A DNA stretch of 64,000 bases from positions 704,463 to 768,462 of the forward strand of contig NW_003314266.1 of NCBI RefSeq assembly GCF_000143415.4, read 5' to 3'. This document shows, piece by piece, positions 40,128-51,500 of the stretch. The translations under genes were made by a program, and so were the position numbers. The DNA is from Selaginella moellendorffii. Its lineage: Eukaryota > Plantae > Lycopodiophyta. Within the stretch, counting starts at the first letter, position 1; each line of letters opens with the position of its first letter. Below the pieces are notes generated by a model. The model searched no databases. It was not told the origin of the DNA and saw only the letters and a program-made list of their open reading frames with translations.

Positions 40128-42922
40128 CTAGTTCCGCATCCAACCATGCACAACATTATCCACCGATATGCTCATGCTGGGATCCCTTGGATTCAGCACC
40201 CATCTCTTTTCTAGGCAATCCTTCGTATATCTGGAACTTGGCTTGAACCACTCCACAATTACATTGAAGGAGTTAGTTTCCGCGTCCTCCTCTACATCAG
40301 TGATGCAGCGCCCCACCCATATCATTTGTTTTTTATTACTGGGTCTGACAAGCACGACCATTCCTTTGCAGACCTGTACTGGATTGAATGCTGAATCCGG
40401 CTTCTTGTTCCTCGGCCCACAATAGTGATCCTCAACATCGTTATCTGTCACTGCATTTCCAGAGGACATTGTTCCGCTACTATCTGGTGCTCTGGGTTCT
40501 GGCCAAAAGGACTCTTCCAATTCTTCATATACAACCGGCCCATTTTGGATAGCAGATATAATCTTCTCCCAGTATTCGATCAAAGGCTTGCACCTCTGAA
40601 AATAGGATTCTCCACCAAACACCAACCCCCTCTTCCAGAAGGCAATATGCTGTCTAATCCCGGCCACTATACTTTCCTGGTCTTTGAGTCCATCCGGGTG
40701 CATCGGCCGTGGGGAACCCTGAGGAATCATAGGTTCCCCAGTTATGGGATCTCTCTTGAAGAGTTCAATGCCGTCCACTGGCAGCCACACTATGTCCCAT
40801 TCTCTCATTTTGTACCTCATCACTGGAGCACCGTCACGCATGCTGAAATGAAACTGAAGAGGCTTGGAGTGGCCAATCAGCGTTTCAGATCCGTCCCTGA
40901 TGTAGCATCTTACAAACCCCTTAAAGTCTGGAACCTCTGTCACAAGTGCAGCTTCAACAGTGCCTTTGATGCAATTTTGGAATTCATCGTAGAGTTGTGG
41001 GAGGGTGAGGACATTGGATCGCCGGAGGGACTCTGCCAGGTGACTGAACATGGCATCGACGTCTTCATGAGTGTGCCCAACCATGAGAAAGCCAAGTATA
41101 ACCGTTTCAAATATGCCTTTGGCAACAAGCATCGCCAAGTACGCGAAGACGTACATGTTTTTGTTCTCACTGCCAACATTGTCTGTTTGGAGCAGAAGAT
41201 GGGGTGGAAGGCCACATCGGCCGCAAGAACTTCCTTGAGATTCTGCTTCGTTTGGATGAGGCTGTGCATTCACCGGGTGACCAGCCTCGTCGGAATGGCA
41301 TGAGGCCTCACGTGATAACCCTACAATCTGACGGCCAACATATTCACTGGGATGGCATGGGGCCCCACGCGATACTGCAAGCCTTTGCTCCTCCTCCAGT
41401 TGAACCCTGTATGGGGTTCGATCGACAAGGGCCTTATGCAAGGGTTGGCCGTTCAGCTCAGTCTGCGCACTTTGCAGAGACCTTAAGTGTTTTGCTAGGG
41501 ACGCAATCATCATGTTTGCACCCCCGCCACCCCATAGAGGTACAAAGAAGTTCCCATAGTTCTGGGCACCATGCCCATGAGCGATTATGCCAAACAGAGA
41601 CACAGGCAGCTGCATGGATGAAGAGATTGCCTTGGGGGCAGGATTGAGTCAAGGTAAGCACGTCTTTTTCTGGTCCATTTTGTCGTGGATGATGCAGAGG
41701 TAAGAGTCAGGTCTCTCCATGGAGAGAATCCTGTTATGATAATATGCAGTCCTGCAGCTTCTCTGCTCGATGTTGTGGTCGAGCCGCCTTCTAACCAACG
41801 TCTCTCGCTCTTGAGCGTTGCAAGAATTCTTCGACAAAGCCATTTTGATACCAGTGCACTCGTCACACTTTGAAAAGCTGGAGTACTTTCCTATACTCAC
41901 ATCCCTGAACCTGTTGCTCCACAATCTACTAAATCTAGATTGGCTCAGCTTTCTGTAGCCATTACTCTGGAGTTCCCGATTCACATCTTCCAATATGGCC
42001 CCCTTGGTATACATGGAAGGGAGAACTCGTTGGGTGTCTCGTGTTCCATCTTCCAAGAGGCGGGTTTTATGTGGTTGCTGCTCGCTACATGTCTCGACAA
42101 ACCTCTTAAAGATTGCCTCTCCATATACAACATGACCCCTGGTTTTGTGCGTACCGTCATTGCCTGTTGAACCCTTTGTTCCTCGAACTCAGTTTTGATT
42201 CTGTAGAATGTGGTTCGAGGGACTCCATAAATGATTCTCCATGCCTTCATGCAGACCAAACCCCTCTGGAAGACCATGCCCCCCACCTGATGTTCTGAAG
42301 CATCAACAGATGACTGTAATGCCTCATACACAAAATTGCGAGCTGCCTTCTAGGACAATGTCTTGTATCTTGCTCTCTCCTCTTCAATAGCATCCCAATC
42401 AGCATGTTGACAGCACCTCCTCTTGCAACAAGCAACTGTCGAGACCATTCGAACCTCCATCACCATTTTTTGCCTTTTCGGTTCGTTGCTCAGATCCCTT
42501 TGGCTGCGCTTTAGGAAGGTGTACTTTCTTTTCCCATGAAGAGATGTTTTGTCATCAGTTGTAGTGGTGTTTGATTGTGAATCCTTCACATTCTCAAACA
42601 CTAAGTGCCTCAATTTCCACCGCACAATGCTTCCAATAGTCAGACTGTTTTCTTCTGTGTCAACAACCTCTAAAATCGCAACTCCAATATCATCCCAGCC
42701 CAATTCTTGATTAGCAACTGCATCTCTTGGATCGACAACTATGGCTAAGCCCTCAGCTACCACCTCCCCCTCGGGGTTGTTTAGAAACACCTTTGCCTGA
42801 ATCCATGTAACACGGTTCTTAAGATCCACGGAGGGAACATGCGTCGCACTTGCGCTGTCCCCAACATCTGCTTTCTTCTGAAGATTTTTCAAGGCAACAA
42901 CAACATTTACCCCGACGACCAT
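40128..42922 (-). pseudogene. Sola-like DDD/E transposase with two internal stops and one frameshift; true 5' and 3' ends probably on further exons
   Basis: CCKRRCC, VCMKAWRIIYGV, FSKCDEC, IIHDKMDQKK, LQTDNVGSENKN, FLMVGHTHEDVDAMFS. Stops TAG at 42350 and TGA at 41649 are in frame; frameshift near 42056. Confidence 0.8.
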
Positions 42923-43293
42923 CTCTCCTCATTCAATAGCGACTACATTCCCATCGAAGACAGTCTCTACTGATACAGCAGCATTGCCTTCCCCAGGCCT
43001 TTGACAGTGTATAACAAAGTTCCGATCCATAAACACAAGGGTCCCTTTTGCAACTCTCTTCCCACCATTCAAAATGTAAACCTTTTCCCCAACCCTGAAG
43101 GCCATTCTGAAAGTGCAGAAAAGAAGTTAAGACCATACAAAAAATGATTGGAGAATGGCCTAAATCATAACATACCAAACAACCTCAATAGCATGAGGCC
43201 ACTTGCCATTATTCAAACATGCTATTGACACCCACGTGAAATTTCGCATTCACAAAATTGGCATGAGCCCTCATGCCATTAGTGGTACCACTA

Positions 43294-43485
43294 ATGGCAT
43301 GAGGCCTCACGCTATCTTTGGCCCCTGCTAGCCTGTTGCTATATTCCTTTTGCCTTGCTGCAACTGTATATATTTTTGTGTGCGTGACTAGTCACCCATA
43401 TAAAAATATATACAGTTGCAGCAAGGCAAAAGGAATATGGCAATAGGCTAACAGGGGCCAAAGATGGCATGAGGCCTCATGCTAT
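43294..43485. repeat. 192-bp loopless near-perfect palindrome centred on GTGACTAGTCAC
   Basis: 96-bp arms with 9 mismatches by eye (8 transitions); each arm ends in a 22-bp palindrome unit. Confidence 0.95.
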
Positions 43486-44570
43486 CTTGATATACACACA
43501 GCTGTAGGCAAGTAAAAACATACATGACAATACGCTAGCCATGAAATTGCAAGGGCCCAAGATGGCATGTGGCCTCATGCCATTTCTAAATGTGGTCCTA
43601 AGCCATTCCATGGTGAACATACCAGGAAGCACAAGTGCCGAATATCAAGAGGAAGCGGTAGCCACACCAAAGACAGTGCCGCTCGCAACACCGCAACTGC
43701 TCGTAGCGCCGCTCGCACAAACTGCCACTCGCATAAACTGCCGCTCGCAATGGCACTCACAATGCCGCAACCGCTCGTAGACGCATAAACCACAGCTCAC
43801 AACGCCGCTTACACAAGCAGCGCTCACTGCGCTCAGCGGAACCAAGAACACGGCGCACAAAAATGATAGACCTAGGAATGAGTTCGAGAATTCAAAAATA
43901 ACACACGCTTGAACGTCACATCAAATCCTTTGACAAACCAGATCTTATGATTCCTCTGACAAATTTCAAACTAAGTAGCTTCTAGACTTTGCTGTCGGAG
44001 GTTGAACTTTGTCACATCATGTCCTTGCCTCGATCCAGTTGTGCCATGTCAGTGATTCGAACTTTGCCATGCCATGTCAGCGATCCGCGTCAAAATTATT
44101 TGCCGTGTAAAGGAATAATTATGCTGTGTGTGTACGTCCATTTATGGCAATATAAGGCCACACGCCATTCAAAGAATAATGCTAGTCGAGCATTTTTTGG
44201 TGCATTTTTGGGTTCAAAATTGCATGAGCCCACACGCTATAAAGTTTACCTGTACCAAAAATAGAAACAGCTTTATTTACTTGGGAATTTAAGTGGTTGA
44301 GGCATTTTTAAACTTACAAACACATGCCCTACTTACATTCCTTTGGTTGCTTAAAATTCAAAAATATTATAAACCTTTCTTTTTGCATTTTCAATGTTTT
44401 CAATTATGGTTTTTGATTTTCGCAGGACCAGCCTAGTAATCTATTTGCATCCCGTCATGTTTATAGCTAGCTTTCGTTTGTCCCCTTCGCTAGATACATC
44501 TGCTCGGCATCTACCTCTTACAGCATTTGCCCAGAAAGGGCATCTTTCTTCACGCAGCATTTGCCACATG

Positions 44571-44596
44571 TTTAGGGTTTAGGGTTTAGGGTTTAG
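44571..44596 (+). repeat. Interstitial plant telomeric tract (TTTAGGG)3 TTTAG / telo-box cluster
   Basis: tttagggtttagggtttagggtttag. Confidence 0.9.
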
Positions 44597-45294
44597 CAAT
44601 TCAGTAGCTTGATAAACATGCAAATACAGAACTTGATGCAAAATCCTTTGATATGTCACAATGCCCCTAGGACCATAAACACATTTCAATAGAGAGGGTC
44701 CTTTCATTTCATAACTTCTTACGTAGATCTTGGTGAAACCAGAGTTAGTGAAGTTAGTTTTTTGTGATCCCGCATCTGATTGTGATGTCCCTTTGCAGTG
44801 TTGATGGAAAGATCAATGCACACCAAACTGTAAAATCTTGGAGCAAAATAACAGTCGGATCTATGGCAAATGCCCCTGAAACATTGTAAGGCTTGTGTGG
44901 TCTCATGTGGTGTCCGATCGAGATGCTTCTTTGCAGGGTCATCAAGAAAGACATTGTATACCATTCTGTAAAATCTAGTTGCGATCTAACGGTTGGATCT
45001 CCAGAAAACTCAAAAACTTCTCGCGCATGTCAGAATATTCTAGGAATATACTCCTATGTGCCCCTGAAAATGGCATGCGGCCCCACGCCATTCAAGAGAT
45101 AACGCCAGATGACGCCGAGCATTTTTTGGTGCATTTTTTGGGATCAAAATTGCATGAGCACAAAATTACATTGTATACCATTCTTTATTTAGCTGAACAT
45201 CTGGCATTTTTGGAAATACAAGATGCTTTGGAATATCCAATCATGCATGGTATAAATATAGCGAGGGTATTAAATGATATCCCAATCATGATCT

Positions 45295-45430
45295 TTCTTT
45301 TGGATTTCGCGTGCATGCAGTCCGAGGAATGATGACGTTGCGGATTTCTTTTGGATTTCACGTGCATGCATGCGCGCGGCAACCCAGAAATTAATGGTGG
45401 CGCCCAAGTCCGAGGAATGATGACGTGGCG
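45295..45430 (+). promoter_or_regulatory. Putative promoter of the cargo gene: duplicated block with TGACG, CACGTG and CATGCATG motifs
   Basis: TTTCTTTTGGATTTCRCGTGCATGCA and GTCCGAGGAATGATGACGT each occur twice, upstream of a CG-rich leader and the ATG at 45847. Confidence 0.4.
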
Positions 45431-48400
45431 GGATTACCAACCGTCGTGACATTTCGTGCGTGTGAGGTTAGGTTTTGCATTTTGCATCGTACTCGCGCTC
45501 GCATCGCGCTCCCACTCGCGATCACGCTCACATTCGCGCTCATCTACCTTCTCTACAGGTTTCTTGTGTGCATCGGCGTCCACTCGCGCTTGCATCACAC
45601 TCGCGCTCGTATCGCTCTCGTGTGCATCGGCGTCCACTTCAAGACACACCCAGTTTGTAACTTCGCCGCCAACTCCGCCGCCCACTCCGCCACCCACACG
45701 CAGCCCACTTGGCATCCCGGGAGATTTCAGCGCCACTCTCCAACTGTAAGTGGCAGAGTAGCCTTGCTGCTACGATCCGCTGCACACACAGTGCACATTC
45801 GCCAGCGAGTCCGGCCTCGATTGTTACGGCCTCCATTCGGCTTCAAATGGTAAGTCTTTTAGGCCAAGTAGAAAATGGCATGAGGCCACATGCCATTTAG
45901 TAGCAACATTGGCATGCACCGATTGGGCTCTCGAGTGCAGTCCAGTTACAGATGGCGTGTAGCCTCACGCCATCTTAGGATGCAGCCTCAAGACATCTGA
46001 TGCAGTGGTGAATGGCGTGTGGCCTCACGTTATTTCCAGCTGCTAGCTTTTCATCTGTCAGCTCTAATTGTTGTGCATTTCTGAACAGGCGAGGAATTGC
46101 GTTCTTCTTCCAGCCACTGTCAATGTGGATGCAGAGAAGGGGGAGGAGCTCACCAGTTGGACTTTCGGGATGGAAGGCGAGGATTTGAGGCTGTACAACA
46201 CAGATGGTGGGAGAAAAGAATGCATGGGGATCCTCATCCAAGTGACAGACACTCCATGCAGTTCCATGCAAGAATATGGACTGGCACTTGTGGTAGAGAC
46301 AGCGTCCGCCTTCAAGATCCACCTTGCACATCCTAGCGGCTTCCCGGAGGGGGGCAGCGGCTATGAGGAATTCCTAGAGGGAGCTAGGGAGAGGTTGTCC
46401 AGGAGGCCCACAATTTCAAAGACGCTGCGGGTCTATGAAGATCACATGGAATCCACGGACTTCACCTACGGCGATGTTCAAAAACTATATTCCAACATTG
46501 AGCCGTTGAGAGTGCCTCCAGTTCGCGAAGCGAAGGGGAAGGGGGTCGATCTAGAAACTACCCCGAAGCAGAAAAGGGTGGTCAAGCTCAAGCCGACGTC
46601 CGACTGTCCTGCTCCAAAAAAGAAGCTACTCGGTGATGCCATTGCCTCGGGTTCGAACACTACACCCACCAAAAAGAAGAGCCACAAAGAGCAGAAAGAG
46701 CAAGAAGAGGCAACAAAAATCGTCGCAGATAATAGTACTTGTTACTATTCCAACAAAGTATATACAATCGACGTGAGCCGTATCGACATCCAAAGCAAAT
46801 ACAACCACAGGCTAGTATCTGATGAGTGGGTGGAGAAACTGAAGCAGAAGATGCTGGCAAGTCCAGTAACACCCGACATCGCAGACGTGATCCCCTACTA
46901 CCGAACAATGAAGGGCGAGACGAGGTTTCCAGACTTGATCAATAGGAAGGTGTTGGACGATCAGAACATCCGGTTCTATGCTGTCTCCGGGCAGCATTCT
47001 AGCTTGGCGATGCAAGAGATAGTTGTGGATATTATGGTGGGCGAGGAGGTGAAGAAAGTCTTCAAGACAAGAGTTGTCCGCCTGATAAAAGGCAACTCGC
47101 CCCTCCGATCTATCATATACATCTCCCACGCGCAGAATGTCAAGCAAGAAACGTGCTACAAATCGGGTCTGCATGAGACATTGGCACGAACACGGAAGCT
47201 CTGGGTTCAACTGAAGAAGCCACAAAAACCAGGACAAGGACGTGCACTAGCAACTAGCGCCTGGCAGGTAAGCCTCGTTGCATGTGGCATAGCATGTGGC
47301 CTCACGCCATTTCCATTGCAGGAATTCTTGAGTCTTCTCTCGAAAACACTGGGGGTCAATGACACACTTAGCATCCATAACATTCTACTCGCGACAAAAG
47401 TTGTTTTTGACAAATGGGTAGATGTGCTAAGGAGGTACCATGACGGGGAGTTGCTAAACTCAATGGGTGTGGAGGACGGCCAGAAGCCCAATGATTTGAA
47501 GCTCAACGCCTTGCGTTTCTCGCGGTCTCTAGACGACGACGACCTTCTGACAGTGGCTAATGCTCTTCTACGTGGTGAGGTAGTCTTCAACAAGACCAAA
47601 ATGACTCCCAGCCATATTGTGACATACGAGGACTTGTGCACGACTCTGAGAGCTCGTGCGCTATTGAAGGATTGGATCTTCGAGCAAGTGGCCGTGGAGA
47701 GGGTGAGCATCGACTCCACGCAAGAGATGATGGAAGAGCTGGAGTTGTCAAATGAAGACATCGACGACTACGTGAAGGGGGCCCCCAAGTTCATCGATCT
47801 GCTGTGGGATGCCACGAAAAGTAAAGCTGAGAAGTTGGATCAGTATCCAAATTTCATTAAGAGGGATGTCGACTACCGGCTTCAGAAAAAGCTCAACCCC
47901 GCAGCAGAGGCCTATCGAGAACCTTATCGGGTATACATGAATTCGGATGAGGATCAAAGGTGGAGGAGCATCGTTTCCCGCGGAGATGAGCAAGTCAAGA
48001 ACATCTTTTGTGTGATGGACTTCACAAACGAGGAGATCACTCATGCAGACGAAGTCAACTCCATCATTGACTTAATGGTGGGACTTGCGGAGGTGGAATC
48101 TTCAGTCCACTATATGATCTACGACTCCGAATCCTATCACAAGTTCTGGAAGGCCTTGAACGAGGTGAAGGGTTGGTTGAAAGGCAAGGAGATGCAGGAG
48201 ATCCATGGGATAATGGCTAAGAAGAAGATACCGACGAATGTCCGCATCTTCACACTCGCCCTTGTTATTGGTCCTGCAGCAGAGTGGGACTGGAGTGACT
48301 TCCCAGCTTCGTTCGACAAGGCCGATCGAATTGATCTGAGGGAGGTCAATTTACCCGTGCCTGAGGAACTGAAGACGGCTATGGAGCTTTCGAATCCAGA

Positions 48401-48568
48401 GAAAGCTCCAGGTACAGCATGGGAAATGCTCAGTTGGGTCTTCAACGCAATAGCGGGTGGGTGACCTGCTTCCGACTCCAAGGGCAAATGCGTTGTCGAG
48501 TACAACTGCGGCGGACTATTCTTTCGAGCCGCACTACTCAAGGGTGTCCCGTGTGTTGCGGTGACAAA

Positions 48569-51500
48569 TGTAAGGAACCAACTCGCCGAGGTGTCGTAGG
48601 CTAAAGGAACCCCGAAAGCATGACCAAAATGACAAAGAGTTCATCGGATGAGACCAAGTCGAAGATCGAGTCCAAGACCGACTCTAAGACCGAGTTCGAG
48701 ATCGAGTCCGGAATCGAGTCCGAGACCGACTCGGGGACCGAGTTTAAGTCCGAGTTCGAGACCGAGTTTGAGACGGAGTCCGAGATCCAAAATCAGGTCC
48801 GAGACCGAGTCCGAGGTCGAGTCCGAAGTTGGGTTCGAGATCGGGTCCGAGATCGAGTCCGAGATCGAGTCCGAAACCGAATCCGAAGTCGGATCTGAAA
48901 TCGGGCCCGAGATCGAGCCAGAGACTAAGTCCAAATACTAATACGGGTCAAGGGGTGAAAGCCCAAAGCGTGCGTCTCCCAGGGGGGGGGGGCTGCAGGG
49001 GGTTCCAAAAGTATAGTAGGGATAGTGAGGTCCAGGAACCAATTTTGAAGGGACTCTCCAGTTGGGCTTCCAAACCGACTTGAGGTTGAGACTGGGACCG
49101 AGGGGCCTTGGGTGGGAGTGAGCATGGACTTGGCTGGTGCCGGAGGGGCCATCCAAGGAAGTGCTCAAGAGCAGCTCCCACTCCCGAAAGGGAAACCGAT
49201 TGCGGTGCTCCCGGCTCATGTGGAGTGGTGCCCCACTTGAGTACCATGCGGCTCATTGGTCCTCGCCCTCCCTAGGGGCTTGGGCCTTCCTTCGGGATGG
49301 AAGTGGGGGGCGAGAGGTACCCATACCGGGCCGCTAGGCCACGGTGTTTCACCCCGGCATCCCGAAGCAAGTGTTGCACTCAAGACTTGGGATTTAGAGG
49401 GTCCCATGATCAAGTCTTGTGGTACCAAGGGATGTTAGGAACCTGGAAGCTTGGTGTGCTTGGCTGCTTGTGCTTGCGGGGAGTGTAGCCGAACCTTAAG
49501 TCCAGTCTAACCCGGGGAGGGGGATTGGGAGTGATTTGGGAATCCGTGGAAGGATGGCTAACACTCCGTTGCTCGTGCAATGAGTAGCTGAAACCAAGTA
49601 GGAGCTGGTACCATAGGCGAGAACCTTGGCGAGGGAACTTAGCAAAAGCCAAGGCAGTGTTGGACGGATAGACGAGGTAAGCTGGCAAATTGGAAAGGAA
49701 AAATTTGTGGCTTACAATTTGGTATCAGAGCCTTTATCTCAGTTCTAGCGAAGGATAGAGGCGGATTGCTGGGAGATGGCAAGGGCAGGGCGTAAGCGAA
49801 CCCAGGCGGAGACGGAACCTCCACCGGAGCTGGAGCCTCCGGTCGAACAAGAGGCTATGGATGAGGAATCCTTGCATGAGGAGGACTCTAGTGAGGAAAC
49901 TTCCAAACAGGAGTCCGGTGGCGAGGTTCGGTCGTCCAAGGCTCGATTGGACGTGCTAGAAGGACAGTTGGCACAGACCAATGCCCTGCTGGAAACTCTC
50001 GTACGCAAGCTAAAGCATGACGAGAGGCGGAAGAAAAAGAAAAAGACTGCGGATGCTGGCAGCGCAGAAGGTGCGGATCTTTCGGCCGGGACTGAGGCAA
50101 AACCAGACAAGGTCGAACAGACCGAAGTAGAATCAGTCCCTCAGGCAGTTCCCAAGTACAAACCAAAGCCCCCACCGGTCTTCAAGGGAGTGAACGACTA
50201 TAAGGTGGTGGAGGATTGGTTTTACGATATGGAGGACTACTTCCGAGCGTTGCGGTTACCGAGCTCGGAGAAGGTCCCATGTGCAAAACCATACTTGGCA
50301 GATAATGCCAAGTCTTGGTGGAGAACGACGGAGGCCAACGAAGGACCAGTGGCCACTTGGGACATGATGAAGGCGAGGATCCGCGCAACATACGTTCCTC
50401 CGAATGCCACTCTGCATCTGAGAGATGAGCTGAGTAGGCTGAAGCAGACTGGAACCATCCAGGAATATGTGAATGGGTTCATGGCAAAGAGGATACTTGT
50501 CACGGACATGGGGGATATGGATGCGTTCCATGCCTTCATATCAGGTTTGCAAACCTGGGCTCGCGGTGAGGTGATGCGGTGGAACCCGACCAACTACAAG
50601 GAAGCGTTGGATGCGGCCATCAAGGTGCATTTCAACGATAACCTGCGAAAGGGGAACACGACGGGGTCGGGATCCACATTTAGCAAAGGGGCCAAACCAA
50701 GGGGAACATATAGCAAGGGGAAATTCAAGAAGAGTTTCTCTAAGAATGAGTCCTCGGGGTTCCGGAAAGGCAAATCCGGTGGCCAGCGAGCGAGTACGTG
50801 GGGAAGTCAAGCGAAAAAAGACAAACCCACGGATAAGAAGGTCAAGTCGTATAGCAGCGTGGGCAACAACGTATGCTACAACTGCGGCGAAGCGGGACAC
50901 TTCTCAAGGGAATGTCCCTACCCGAAGAAGGCCAGAGCCAATATGGCCATCAAGTCGGGTGAAGTCCAAACTGAGGTATGTGATCCAGTCCCTAACTCAA
51001 AGTTACTCATTACACGAGCAACTTTGGTAGAGAGTCGTTCGCGACATCTACTAGCCCTCCGAGGGAAGCTCGGAGGTAGCTTTGTTAAGATCCTTATTGA
51101 CACGGGTGCTTCGGATAATTTTGTGGCTGCAGACATAGTCCGGCAAGCCGGACTAACGGTGCAGCGGCTAGGCGAACCAAGGACTATAGAGTTTGTTCAA
51201 GGTAGCCAAAGCACCGATGAGGTACTTCGACAAGCAAGAGTCGAAGTGGGGACATGGAAAGTGGACATGGATTTCACCGTCTTGGACATGGCGGGATTTG
51301 ACGTGATCTTCGGAATGGATTGGTTTAATCGGTTCGTGGTAGCCCTACATGGACAAGGTAGGAACCTTGTGGTATTGGCGAATGCCCAAGGAAGAAGATC
51401 TAGGGTGGAGGCCTAGGATCTAAAGGTAGGGCAAAGCAAGGCCAAAGAGTCATGCTTAAACCTAGTGTCCACGAGAGGACAACTCACTAAAGGAACTAAG

